Assembly: GCA_040954595.2 (NCBI GenBank)
Contig: CM082581.2
Coordinates: 922,699-986,698 of the forward strand
DNA length: 64,000 bases
DNA from: Balanoglossus misakiensis
Taxonomy: Eukaryota; Animalia; Hemichordata
Reading direction: 5' to 3'
This document shows, in pieces, positions 9,773 through 24,700 of the stretch. The translations under genes and the position numbers were made by a program. Below the pieces are notes generated by a model. That model saw only the letters and a program-made list of their open reading frames with translations, ran no database searches and had not been told where the DNA came from. Position 1 is the stretch's first letter. Each line of letters opens with the position of its first letter.

Positions 9773-12700
9773 TTTTTGATGATTTTCACCCATGATTTTT
9801 TTCAAAAATCGACGAAATTTTGAGATTTTGCAAAGTCGAAAATTTGTCATTTTTTGATGATTTTCACCCATGATTTTTTTTCAAAAATCGACGAAATTTT
9901 GAGATTTTGCATAATCGAAAATGTGTCATTTTTTGATGATTTTCACCCATGATTTTTTTACAAAAATCGACGAAATTTTGAGATTTTGCAAAGTCGAAAA
10001 TTTGTCATTTTTTGATGATTTTCACCCATGTTTTTTTTTTTTTAATTGACGAACCTATGATTTTTTTCAAAATCGACGAAATTTTGTGATTTTACAAAGT
10101 CGAAAATTTTGTCATTTTTTGATGATTTTCAACCATGATTTTTTTTCAAAAATCGACGAAAATTTGAGATTTTGCAAAGACGAAAATTTGTCATTTTTGA
10201 TGATTTTTACCCATGATTTTTATTCAAAAATGGACGAAATTTTGAGATTTTGCAAAGACGAAAATTTGTCATTTTTTGATGATTTTCACCCATGATTTTT
10301 TTTCAAAAATCGACGAAATTTTGAGATTTTGCAAAGTCGAAAATTTGTCATTTTTTGATGATTTTCAACCATTATTTTTTTTCAAAATCGACGAAATTTT
10401 GAGATTTTGCAAAGTCGAAAATTTGTCATTTTTTGATGATTTTCCCCCATGTTTTTTTTTTTAAAATGGACGAAATTTTGAGATTTTGCAAAGACGAAAA
10501 TTTGTCATTTTTTGATGATTTTTACCCATGATTTTTTTTCAAAAACGGACGAAATTTTGAGATTTTGCAAAGTCGAAAATTTGTCATTTTTTGACAATTT
10601 TCACCAATATTATTTTTCAAAAACCGACGAAATTTTGAGATTTAGCAAAGTCGAAAATTTGTCATTTTTTGATGATTTTCACCTATGATTTTTTTTCAAA
10701 AATCGAATAAATTTTGAGATTTTGCAAAGTCGAAAATTTGTCATTTTTTGATGATTTTCACCCATGATTTTTTACAAAAATCGACGAAATTTTGAGATTT
10801 TGCAAAGTCGAAAATTTGTAATTTTTTGATGATTTTCACCCATGATTTTTTTCAAAAATCGACGAAATTGTGAGATTCTGCAAAGTCGATAATTTGTCAT
10901 TTTTTGATGATTTTCCCCCAATGGTTTTTTTCAAAATCGACGAAATTTTGAGATTTTGCAAAGTCGAAAATTTGTAATTTTTTGATGATTTTCACCCATG
11001 ATTTTTTTTCAAAAATCGACGAAATTTTGAGATTTTGCAAAGTCGAAAATTTGTCATTTTTTGATGATTTTCACCCATGTTTTTTTTTTTTAAATCGACG
11101 AACCTATGATTTTTTTCAAAATCGACGAAATTTTGTGATTTTACAAAGTCGAAAATTTTGTCATTTTTTGATGATTTTCAACCATGATTTTTTTTCAAAA
11201 ATCGACGAAAATTTGAGATTTTGCAAAGACGAAAATTTGTCATTTTTGATGATTTTTACCCATGATTTTTTTTCAAAAATGGACGAAATTTTGAGATTTT
11301 GCAAAGACGAACATTTGTCATTTTTTGATGATTTTCACCCATGATTTTTTTTCAAAAATCGACGAAATTTTGAGATTTTGCAAAGAGGAAAATTTGTCAT
11401 TTTTTCATGATTTTCCCCCATGATTTTTTTAAAAAATCGACGAAATTTTGTGATTTTACAAAGTCGAAAATTTTGTCATTTTTTGATGATTTTCAACTAT
11501 GATTTTTTTTCAAAAATCGACGAAAACTTGAGATTTTGCAAAGACGAAAATTTGTCATTTTTGATGATTTTTACCCATGATTTTTTTTCAAAAATGGACG
11601 AAATTTTGAGATTTTGCAAAGTTGTAAATGTGTAATTTTTTGATGATTTTCACCAGTTTTTTTTTTCAAAATTTGTCATTTTTTCATGATTTTCCCCCAT
11701 GATTTTTTTCAAAAACCGACGAAAATTTGAGATTTTGCAAAGACGAAAATTTGTCATTTTTGATGATTTTTACCCATGATTTTTTTTCAAAAATGGACGA
11801 AATTTTGAGATTTTGCAAAGACGAAAATTTGTCATTTTTTGATGATTTTCACCAATGATTTTTTTTCAAAAAACGACGAAATTTTGAGATTTTGCAGAGG
11901 AAAATGTGTCATTTTTTGATGATTTTCACCCGTTTTTTTTTCAAAATTTGTCATTTTTTGATGATTTTCACCCATGTTTTTTTTAAAAAAATCGACGAAC
12001 CTATGATTTTTTTCAAAATCGACGAAATTTTGTGATTTTACAAAGTCGAAAATTTTGTCATTTTTTGATGATTTTCAACCATGATTTTTTTTCAAAAATC
12101 GACGAAAATTTGAGATTTTGCAAAGACGAAAATTTGTCATTTTTGATGATTTTTACCCATGATTTTTTTTCAAAAATGGACGAAATTTTGAGATTTTGCA
12201 AAGACGAAAATTTGTCATTTTTTGATGATTTTCACCATGATTTTTTTTCAAAAATCGACGAAATTTTGAGATTTTGCAAAGTCGAAAATTTGTCATTTTT
12301 TGATGATTTTCACCCATGATTTTTTTTCAAAAATCGACGAAATTTTGAGATTTTGCAGAGAGGAAAATTTGTCATATTTTCATGATTTTCCCCCATGATT
12401 TTTTTCAAAAATCGACGAAATTTTGAGATTTTGCAAAGTCGAAAATTTGTCATTTTTTGATGATTTTCACCCATGATTTTTTCAAAAATTGACGAAATGT
12501 TGAGATTTTGCAAAGTCGAAAATTTGTCATTTTTTGATAATTTTCACCCATGATTTTTTTCAAAAATGGACGAAATTTTGAGATTTTGCAAAGAGGAAAA
12601 TTTGTCATTTTCTTCATGATTTCCCCCCATGATTTTTTTCAAAAATCGACGAAATTTTGAGATTTTGCAAAGTCGAAAATTTTGTCATTTTTTGATGATT

Positions 12701-15700
12701 TTTCAACCATGATTTTTTTTCAAAAATCGACGAAAATTTGAGATTTTGCAAAGATGAAAATTTGTCATTTTTGATGATTTTTACCCATAATTTTTTTTCA
12801 GAAATGGACGAAATTTTGAGATTTTGCAAAGACGAAAATTTGTCATTTTTTGATGATTTTCACCCATGATTTTTTTTCAAAAATCGACGAAATTTTGAGA
12901 TTTTGCAAAGAGGAAAATTTGTCATTTTTTTCATGATTTTCCCCCATGATTTTTTTCAAAAATTGACGAAATTTTGAGATTTTGCAAAGTCGACGAAAAT
13001 GTGTCATTTTTTGATGATTTTCACCCGTTTTTTTTCAAAAATCGACGAAATTTTGAGATTTTGCAAAATCGAAAATTTGTCATTTTTTGATGATTTTCAC
13101 CCATGATTTTTTTTAAAAAATCGACGAAATTTTGAGATTTTGCAAAGTCGTAAATGTGTCATTTTTTGATGATTTTCACCCGTTTTTTTTTCAAAATTTG
13201 TCATTTTTTGATGATTTTTACCCATGATTTTTTTTCAAAAATGGACGAAATTTTGAGATTTTGCAAAGTCGAAAATTTGTTATTTTTTGATGATTTTCAC
13301 CCATGTCTTTTTTTAAAAATCGACGAACTTTTGAGATTTTGCAAAGAGGAAAATTTGTCATTTTTTTCATGATTTTCCCCCATGATTTTTTTCAAAAATT
13401 GACGAAATTTTGAGATTTTGCAAAGTCGACGAAAATGTGTCATTTTTTGATGATTTTCACCCGTTTTTTTTCAAAAATCGACGAAATTTTGAGATTTTGC
13501 AAAGTCGAAAATTTGTCATTTTTTGATAATTTTCACCCATGATTTTTTTCAAAAATGGACGAAATTTTGAGATTTTGCAAAGAGGAAAATTTGTCATTTT
13601 TTCATGATTTCCCCCCATGATTTTTTTCAAAAATCGACGAAATTTTGAGATTTTGCAAAGTCGAAAATTTTGTCATTTTTTGATGATTTTTCAACCATGA
13701 TTTTTTTTCAAAAATCGACGAAAATTTGAGATTTTGCAAAGATGAAAATTTGTCATTTTTGATGATTTTTACCCATAATTTTTTTTCAGAAATGGACGAA
13801 ATTTTGAGATTTTGCAAAGACGAAAATTTGTCATTTTTTGATGATTTTCACCCATGATTTTTTTTCAAAAATCGACGAAATTTTGAGATTTTGCAAAGAG
13901 GAAAATTTGTCATTTTTTTCATGATTTTCCCCCATGATTTTTTTCAAAAATTGACGAAATTTTGAGATTTTGCAAAGTCGACGAAAATGTGTCATTTTTT
14001 GATGATTTTCACCCGTTTTTTTTCAAAAATCGACGAAATTTTGAGATTTTGCAAAATCGAAAATTTGTCATTTTTTGATGATTTTCACCCATGATTTTTT
14101 TTAAAAAATCGACGAAATTTTGAGATTTTGCAAAGTCGTAAATGTGTCATTTTTTGATGATTTTCACCCGTTTTTTTTTCAAAATTTGTCATTTTTTGAT
14201 GATGTTTACCCATGATTTTTTTTCAAAAATGGACGAAATTTTGAGATTTTGCAAAGTCGAAAATTTGTTATTTTTTGATGATTTTCACCCATGTCTTTTT
14301 TTAAAAATCGACGAACTTTTGAGATTTTGCAAAGAGGAAAATTTGTCATTTTTTTCATGATTTTCCCCCATGATTTTTTTCAAAAATTGACGAAATTTTG
14401 AGATTTTGCAAAGTCGACGAAAATGTGTCATTTTTTGATGATTTTCACCCGTTTTTTTTCAAAAATCGACGAAATTTTGAGATTTTGCAAAATCGAAAAT
14501 TTGTCATTTTTTGATGATTTTCACCCATGATTTTTTTTTAAAAATCGACGAAATTTTGAGATTTTGCAAAGTCGTAAATGTGTCATTTTTTGATGATTTT
14601 CACCCGGTTTTTTTTCAAAAATCGACGAAATTTTGAGATTTTGCAAAGTCGTAAATGTGTCATTTTTTGATGATTTTCACCCGTTTTTTTTTCAAAATTT
14701 GTCATTTTTTGATGATTTTCACCCATGATTTTCTTCAAAAATCGACGAAATTTTGAGATTTTGCAAAGTCGAAAATTTGTCATTTTTTGATGATTTTCAC
14801 CTATGATTTTTTTCAAAAATCAACAAAATTTTGAGATTTTGCAAAGTCGAAAATTTGTCATTTTTGATGATTTTTACCCATGATTTTTTTTCAAAAATGG
14901 ACGAAATTTTGAGATTTTGCAAAGACGAAAATTTGTCATTTTTTGATGATTTTCACCCATGATTTTTTTTCAAAAATCGACGAAATTTTTAGATTTTGCA
15001 AAGAGGAAAATTTGTCATTTTTTCATGATTTTCCCCCATGATTTTTTTCAAAAATCGACGAAATTTTGTGATTTTACAAAGTCGAAAATTTTGTCATTTT
15101 TTGATGATTTTCAACCATGATTTTTTTTCAAAAATCGACGAAAACTTGAGATTTTGCAAAGACAAAAATTTGTCATTTTTGATGATTTTTACCCATGATT
15201 TTTTTTCAAAAATGGACGAAATTTTGAGATTTTGCAAAGACGAAAATTTGACATTTTTTGATGATTTTCACCCATGATTTTTTTTCAAAAATCGACGAAA
15301 TTTTGAGATTTTGCAAAGTCGTAAATGTGTCATTTTTTGATGATTTTCACCAGTTTTTTTTTTCAAAATTTGTCATTTTTTCATGATTTTCCCCCATGAT
15401 TTTTTTCAAAAATCGACGAAATTTTGAGATTTTGCAAAGTCGAAAATTTGTCATTTTTTGATGATTTTCACCCATGATTTTTTTCAAAAATCGACGAAAT
15501 TTTGAGATTTTGCAAAGTCGAAAATTTGTCATTTTTTGATGATTTTCCCCCGTTTTTTTTTTAAAATGGACGAAATTTTGAGATTTTGCAAAGACGAAAA
15601 TTTGTCATTTTATGATGATTTTCACCCATGATTTTTTTCAAAAATCGACGAAATTTTGAGATTTTGCAAAGTCGACGAAAATGTGTCATTTTTTGATGAT

Positions 15701-18700
15701 TTTCACCCGTTTTTTTTTCAAAATTTGTCATTTTTTGATGATTTTCACCCATGATTTTTTCAAAAATTGACGAAATTTTGAGATTTTGCAAAGTCGAAAA
15801 TTTGTCATTTTTTGATGATTTTCACCCATGATTTTTTTCAAAAATCGACGAAATTTTGAGATTTTGCAAAGTCGAAAATTTGTCATTTTTTGATGATTTT
15901 CCCCCCTTTTTTTTTTAAAATGGACGAAATGTTGAGATTTTGCAAAGACGAAAATTTGTCATTTTTTGATGATTTTCACCCATGATTTTTTCAAAAATTG
16001 ACGAAATTTTGAGATTTTCCAAAGTCGAAAATTTGTCATTTTTTGATGATTTTCACACATGATTTTTTTTAAAAATCGACGAAATTGTGAGATTTTGCAA
16101 AGACGAAAATTTGTCATTTTTTGATGAATTTTACCCATGATTTTTTTTCAAAAATGGACGAAATTTTGAGATTTTGCAAAGAGGAAAATTTGTCATTTTT
16201 TCATGATTTTCCCCCATGATTTTTTCAAAAATCGACGAAATTTTGAGATTTTGCAAAGTCGATACTTTGTCATTTTTTGATGATTTTCCCCCAATGGTTT
16301 TTTTCAAAATCGACGAAATTTTGAGATTTTGCAAAGTCGAAAATTTGTAATTTTTTGATGATTTTCACCCATGATTTTTTTTCAAAAATCGACGAAATTT
16401 TGGAGATTTTGCAAAGTCGAAAATTTGTCATTTTTTGATGATTTTCACCCATGTTTTTTTTTTTTAAATCGACGAACCTATGATTTTTTTCAAAATCGAC
16501 GAAATTTTGTGATTTTACAAAGTCGAAAATTTTGTCATTTTTTGATGATTTTCAACCATGATTTTTTTTCAAAAATCGACGAAAATTTGAGATTTTGCAA
16601 AGACGAAAATTTGTCATTTTTGATGATTTTTACCCATGATTTTTATTCAAAAATGGACGAAATTTTGAGATTTTGCAAAGACGAAAATTTGTCATTTTTT
16701 GATGATTTTCACCCATGATTTTTTTTCAAAAATCGACGAAATTTTGAGATTTTGCAAAGTCGAAAATTTGTCATTTTTTGATGATTTTCCCCCATGTTTT
16801 TTTTTTTAAAATGGACGAAATTTTTTTTTTTGCAAAGACGAAAATTTGTCATTTTTTGATGATTTTTACCCATGATTTTTTTCAAAAATGGACGAAATTT
16901 TGAGATTTTGCAAAGTCGAAAATTTGTCATTTTTTGATGATTTTCAACCATTATTTTTTTTCAAAATCGACGAAATTTTGAGATTTTGCAAAGTCGAAAA
17001 TTTGTCATTTTTTGATGATTTTCCCCCATGTTTTTTTTTTTAAAATGGACGAAATTTTGAGATTTTGCAAAGACGAAAATTTGTCATTTTTTGATGATTT
17101 TTACCCATGATTTTTTTTCAAAAATGGACGAAATTTTGAGATTTTGCAAAGTCGAAAATTTGTCATTTTTTGATGATTTTCACCAATATTATTTTTCAAA
17201 AATCGACGAAATTGTGAGATTTTGCAAAGACGAAAATTTGTCATTTTTTGATGAATTTTACCCATGATTTTTTTTTCAAAAATGGACGAAATTTTGAGAT
17301 TTTGCAAAGTCGAAAATTTGTTATTTTTTGATGATTTCACCCATGTCTTTTTTTAAAAATCGACGAAATTTTGAGATTTTGCAAAGAGGAAAATTTGTCA
17401 TTTTTTCATGATTTTCCCCCATGATTTTTTTCAAAAATCGACGAAATTTTGAGATTTTGCAAAGTCGACGAAAATGTGTCATTTTTTGATGATTTTCACC
17501 CGTTTTTTTTTCAAAATTTGTCATTTTTTGATGATTTTCACCCATGTTTTTTTTTAAAAAATCGACGAACCTTTGATTTGTTTCAAAATCGACGAAATTT
17601 TGTGATTTTACAAAGTCGAAAATTTTGTCATTTTTTGATGATTTTCAACCATGATTTTTTTTCAAAAATCGACGAAAATTTGAGATTTTGCAAAGACGAA
17701 AATTTGTCATTTTTGATGATTTTTACCCATGATTTTTTTTCAAAAATGGACGAAATTTTGAGATTTTGCAAAGACGAACATTTGTCATTTTTTGATGATT
17801 TTCACCCATGATTTTTTTAAAAAATCGACGAAATTTTGTGATTTTACAAAGTCGAAAATTTTGTCATTTTTTGATGATTTTCAACTATGATTTTTTTTCA
17901 AAAATCGACGAAAACTTGAGATTTTGCAAAGACGAAAATTTGTCATTTTTGATGATTTTTACCCATGATTTTTTTTCAAAAATGGACGAAATTTTGAGAT
18001 TTTGCAAAGACGAAAATTTGTCATTTTTTGATGATTTTCACCCATGAACTTTTTTCAAAAATCGACGAAATTTTGAGATTTTGCAAAGTTGTAAATGTGT
18101 CATTTTTTGATGATTTTCACCAGTTTTTTTTTTCAAAATTTGTCATTTTTTCATGATTTTCCCCCATGATTTTTTTCAAAAACCGACGAAAATTTGAGAT
18201 TTTGCAAAGACGAAAATTTGTCATTTTTGATGATTTTTACCCATGATTTTTTTTAAAAAATGGACGAAATTTTGAGATTTTGCAAAGACGAAAATTTGTC
18301 ATTTTTTGATGATTTTCACCAATGATTTTTTTTCAAAAAACGACGAAATTTTGAGATTTTGCAGAGGAAAATGTGTCATTTTTTGATGATTTTCACCCGT
18401 TTTTTTTTCAAAATTTGTCATTTTTTGATGATTTTCACCCATGTTTTTTTTTAAAAAATCGACGAACCTATGATTTTTTTCAAAATCGACGAAATTTTGT
18501 GATTTTACAAAGTCGAAAATTTTGTCATTTTTTGATGATTTTCAACCATGATTTTTTTTCAAAAATCGACGAAAATTTGAGATTTTGCAAAGACGAAAAT
18601 TTGTCATTTTTGATGATTTTTACCCATGATTTTTTTTCAAAAATGGACGAAATTTTGAGATTTTGCAAAGACGAAAATTTGTCATTTTTTGATGATTTTC

Positions 18701-21700
18701 ACCATGATTTTTTTTCAAAAATCGACGAAATTTTGAGATTTTGCAAAGTCGAAAATTTGTCATTTTTTGATGATTTTCACCCATGATTTTTTTTCAAAAA
18801 TCGACGAAATTTTGAGATTTTGCAGAGAGGAAAATTTGTCATATTTTCATGATTTTCCCCCATGATTTTTTTCAAAAATCGACGAAATTTTGAGATTTTG
18901 CAAAGTCGAAAATTTGTCATTTTTTGATGATTTTCACCCATGATTTTTTCAAAAATTGACGAAATGTTGAGATTTTGCAAAGTCGAAAATTTGTCATTTT
19001 TTGATAATTTTCACCCATGATTTTTTTCAAAAATGGACGAAATTTTGAGATTTTGCAAAGAGGAAAATTTGTCATTTTTTCATGATTTTCCCCCATGATT
19101 TTTTTCAAAAATCGACGAAATTTTGAGATTTTGCAAAGTCGAAAATTTTGTCATTTTTTGATGATTTTTCAACCATGATTTTTTTTCAAAAATCGACGAA
19201 AATTTGAGATTTTGCAAAGATGAAAATTTGTCATTTTTGATGATTTTTACCCATAATTTTTTTTCAGAAATGGACGAAATTTTGAGATTTTGCAAAGACG
19301 AAAATTTGTCATTTTTTGATGATTTTCACCCATGATTTTTTTTCAAAAATCGACGAAATTTTGAGATTTTGCAAAGAGGAAAATTTGTCATTTTTTTCAT
19401 GATTTTCCCCCATGATTTTTTTCAAAAATTGACGAAATTTTGAGATTTTGCAAAGTCGACGAAAATGTGTCATTTTTTGATGATTTTCACCCGTTTTTTT
19501 TCAAAAATCGACGAAATTTTGAGATTTTGCAAAATCGAAAATTTGTCATTTTTTGATGATTTTCACCCATGATTTTTTTTAAAAAATCGACGAAATTTTG
19601 AGATTTTGCAAAGTCGTAAATGTGTCATTTTTTGATGATTTTCACCCGTTTTTTTTTCAAAATTTGTCATTTTTTGATGATTTTTACCCATGATTTTTTT
19701 TCAAAAATGGACGAAATTTTGAGATTTTGCAAAGTCGAAAATTTGTTATTTTTTGATGATTTTCACCCATGTCTTTTTTTAAAAATCGACGAACTTTTGA
19801 GATTTTGCAAAGAGGAAAATTTGTCATTTTTTTCATGATTTTCCCCCATGATTTTTTTCAAAAATTGACGAAATTTTGAGATTTTGCAAAGTCGACGAAA
19901 ATGTGTCATTTTTTGATGATTTTCACCCGTTTTTTTTCAAAAATCGACGAAATTTTGAGATTTTGCAAAATCGAAAATTTGTCATTTTTTGATGATTTTC
20001 ACCCATGATTTTTTTTTAAAAATCGACGAAATTTTGAGATTTTGCAAAGTCGTAAATGTGTCATTTTTTGATGATTTTCACCCGGTTTTTTTTCAAAAAT
20101 CGACGAAATTTTGAGATTTTGCAAAGTCATAAATGTGTCATTTTTTGATGATTTTCACCCGTTTTTTTTTCAAAATTTGTCATTTTTTGATGATTTTCAC
20201 CCATGATTTTCTTCAAAAATCGACGAAATTTTGAGATTTTGCAAAGTCGAAAATTTGTCATTTTTTGATGATTTTCACCTATGATTTTTTTCAAAAATCA
20301 ACAAAATTTTGAGATTTTGCAAAGTCGAAAATTTGTCATTTTTGATGATTTTTACCCATGATTTTTTTTCAAAAATGGACGAAATTTTGAGATTTTGCAA
20401 AGACGAAAATTTGTCATTTTTTGATGATTTTCACCCATGATTTTTTTTCAAAAATCGACGAAATTTTTAGATTTTGCAAAGAGGAAAATTTGTCATTTTT
20501 TCATGATTTTCCCCCATGATTTTTTTCAAAAATCGACGAAATTTTGTGATTTTACAAAGTCGAAAATTTTGTCATTTTTTGATGATTTTCAACCATGATT
20601 TTTTTTCAAAAATCGACGAAAACTTGAGATTTTGCAAAGACAAAAATTTGTCATTTTTGATGATTTTTACCCATGATTTTTTTTCAAAAATGGACGAAAT
20701 TTTGAGATTTTGCAAAGACGAAAATTTGACATTTTTTGATGATTTTCACCCATGATTTTTTTTCAAAAATCGACGAAATTTTGAGATTTTGCAAAGTCGT
20801 AAATGTGTCATTTTTTGATGATTTTCACCAGTTTTTTTTTCAAAATTTGTCATTTTTTCATGATTTTCCCCCATGATTTTTTTCAAAAATCGACGAAATT
20901 TTGAGATTTTGCAAAGTCGAAAATTTGTCATTTTTTGATGATTTTCACCCATGATTTTTTTCAAAAATCGACGAAATTTTGAGATTTTGCAAAGTCGAAA
21001 ATTTGTCATTTTTTGATGATTTTCCCCCGTTTTTTTTTTAAAATGGACGAAATTTTGAGATTTTGCAAAGACGAAAATTTGTCATTTTATGATGATTTTC
21101 ACCCATGATTTTTTTCAAAAATCGACGAAATTTTGAGATTTTGCAAAGTCGAAAATTTGTCATTTTTTGATGATTTTCCCCCGTTTTTTTTTAAAATGGA
21201 CGAAATGTTGAGATTTTGCAAAGACGAAAATTTGTCATTTTTTGATGATTTTCACCCATGATTTTTTCAAAAATTGACGAAATTTTGAGATTTTGCAAAG
21301 TCGAAAATTTGTCATTTTTTGATGATTTTCACCCATGATTTTTTTCAAAAATCGACGAAATTTTGAGATTTTGCAAAGTCGAAAATTTGTCATTTTTTGA
21401 TGATTTTCCCCCGTTTTTTTTTTAAAATGGACGAAATGTTGAGATTTTGCAAAGACGAAAATTTGTCATTTTTTGATGATTTTCACCCATGATTTTTTCA
21501 AAAATTGACGAAATTTTGAGATTTTCCAAAGTCGAAAATTTGTCATTTTTTGATGATTTTCACACATGATTTTTTTCAAAAATCGACGAAATTGTGAGAT
21601 TTTGCAAAGACGAAAATTTGTCATTTTTTGATTAATTTTACCCATGATTTTTTTTCAAAAATGGACGAAATTTTGAGATTTTGCAAAGAGGAAAATTTGT

Positions 21701-24700
21701 CATTTTTTCATGATTTTCCCCCATGATTTTTTTCAAAAATCGACGAAATTTTGAGATTTTGCAAAGTCGACGAAAATGTGTCATTTTTTGATGATTTTCA
21801 CCCGTTTTTTTTTCAAAATTTGTCATTTTTTGATGATTTTCACCCATGTTTTTTTTAAAAAAATCGACGAACCTTTGATTTGTTTCAAAATCGACGAAAT
21901 TTTGTGATTTTACAAAGTCGAAAATTTTGTCATTTTTTGATGATTTTCAACCATGATTTTTTTTCAAAAATCGACGAAAATTTGAGATTTTGCAAAGACG
22001 AAAATTTGTCATTTTTGATGATTTTTACCCATGATTTTTTTTAAAAATGGACGAAATTTTGAGATTTTGCAAAGACGAACATTTGTCATTTTTTGATGAT
22101 TTTCCCCCGTTTTTTTTTTAAAATGGACGAAATGTTGAGATTTTGCAAAGACGAAAATTTGTCATTTTTTGATGATTTTCACCCATGATTTTTTCAAAAA
22201 TTGACGAAATTTTGAGATTTTCCAAAGTCGAAAATTTGTCATTTTTTGATGATTTTCACACATGATTTTTTTCAAAAATCGACGAAATTGTGAGATTTTG
22301 CAAAGACGAAAATTTGTCATTTTTTGATGAATTTTACCCATGATTTTTTTTCAAAAATGGACGAAATTTTGAGATTTTGCAAAGAGGAAAATTTGTCATT
22401 TTTTCATGATTTTCCCCCATGATTTTTTTCAAAAATCGACGAAATTTTGAGATTTTGCAAAGTCGACGAAAATGTGTCATTTTTTGATGATTTTCACCCG
22501 TTTTTTTTTCAAAATTTGTCATTTTTTGATGATTTTCACCCATGTTTTTTTTAAAAAAATCGACGAACCTTTGATTTGTTTCAAAATCGACGAAATTTTG
22601 TGATTTTACAAAGTCGAAAATTTTGTCATTTTTTGATGATTTTCAACCATGATTTTTTTTCAAAAATCGACGAAAATTTGAGATTTTGCAAAGACGAAAA
22701 TTTGTCATTTTTGATGATTTTTACCCATGATTTTTTTTAAAAATGGACGAAATTTTGAGATTTTGCAAAGACGAACATTTGTCATTTTTTGATGATTTTC
22801 ACCCATGATTTTTTTTCAAAAATCGACGAAATTTTGAGATTTTGCAAAGAGGAAAATTTGTCATTTTTTCATGATTTTCCCCCATGATTTTTTTAAAAAA
22901 TCGACGAAATTTTGTGATTTTACAAAGTCGAAAATTTTGTCATTTTTTGATGATTTTCAACCATGATTTTTTTTCAAAAATCGACGAAAACTTGAGATTT
23001 TGCAAAGACGAAAATTTGTCATTTTTGATGATTTTCACCCATGATTTTTTTTCAAAAATCGACGAAATTTTGAGATTTTGCAAAGTCGTAAATGTGTCAT
23101 TTTTTGATGATTTTCACCAGTTTTTTTTTTCAAAATTTGTCATTTTTTCATGATTTTCCCCCATGATTTTTTTCAAAAATCGACGAAAATTTGAGATTTT
23201 GCAAAGACGAAAATTTGTCATTTTTGATGATTTTTACCCATGATTTTTTTTCAAAAATGGACGAAATTTTGAGATTTTGCAAAGACGAAAATTTGTCATT
23301 TTTTGATGATTTTCACCAATGATTTTTTTTCAAAAAACGACGAAATTTTGAGATTTTGCAAAGTCGACGAAAATGTGTCATTTTTTGATGATTTTCACCC
23401 GTTTTTTTTTCAAAATTTGTCATTTTTTGATGATTTTCACCCATGTTTTTTTTAAAAAAATCGACGAACCTTTGATTTGTTTCAAAATCGACGAAATTTT
23501 GTGATTTTACAAAGTCGAAAATTTTGTCATTTTTTGATGATTTTCAACCATGAATTTTTTTCAAAAATCGACGAAAATTTGAGATTTTGCAAAGACGAAA
23601 ATTTGTCATTTTTGATGATTTTTACCCATGATTTTTTTTCAAAAATGAACGAAATTTTGAGATTTTGCAAAAACGAAAATTTGTCATTTTTTGATGATTT
23701 TCACCATGATTTTTTTTCAAAAATCGACGAAATTTTGAGATTTTGCAAAGTCGAAAATTTGTCATTTTTTGATGATTTTCACCCATGATTTTTTTTCAAA
23801 AATCGACGAAATTTTGAGATTTTGCAGAGGAAAATTTGTCATTTTTTCATGATTTTCCCCCATGATTTTTTTTAAAAATCGACGAAATTTTGAGATTTTG
23901 CAAAGAGGAAAATTTGTCATTTTTTCATGATTTTCCCCCATGATTTTTTTCAAAAATCGACGAAATTTTGAGATTTTGCAAAGTCGACGAAAATGTGTCA
24001 TTTTTTGATGATTTTCACCCGTTTTTTTTCAAAATTTGTCATTTTTTGATGATTTTCACCCATGTTTTTTTTTTAAAAATCGACGAACCTATGATTTTTT
24101 TCAAAATCGACGAAATTTTGTGATTTTACAAAGTCGAAAATTTTGTCATTTTTTGATGATTTTCAACCATGATTTTTTTTCAAAAATCGACGAAAATTTG
24201 AGATTTTGCAAAGACGAAAATTTGTCATTTTTGATGATTTTTACCCATGATTTTTTTTCAAAAATGGACGAAATTTTGAGATTTTGCAAAAACGAAAATT
24301 TGTCATTTTTTGATGATTTTCACCATGATTTTTTTTCAAAAATCGACGAAATTTTGAGATTTTGCAAAGTCGAAAATTTGTCATTTTTTGATGATTTTCA
24401 CCCATGATTTTTTTTCAAAAATCGACGAAATTTTGAGATTTTGCAGAGGAAAATTTGTCATTTTTTCATGATTTTCCCCCATGATTTTTTTCAAAAATCG
24501 ACGAAATTTTGAGATTTTGCAAAGTCGAAAATTTGTCATTTTTTGATGATTTTCACCCATGATTTTTTCAAAAATTGACGAAATGTTGAGATTTTGCAAA
24601 GTCGAAAATTTGTCATTTTTTGATAATTTTCACCCATGATTTTTTTCAAAAATGGACGAAATTTTGAGATTTTGCAAAGAGGAAAATTTGTCATTTTTTC

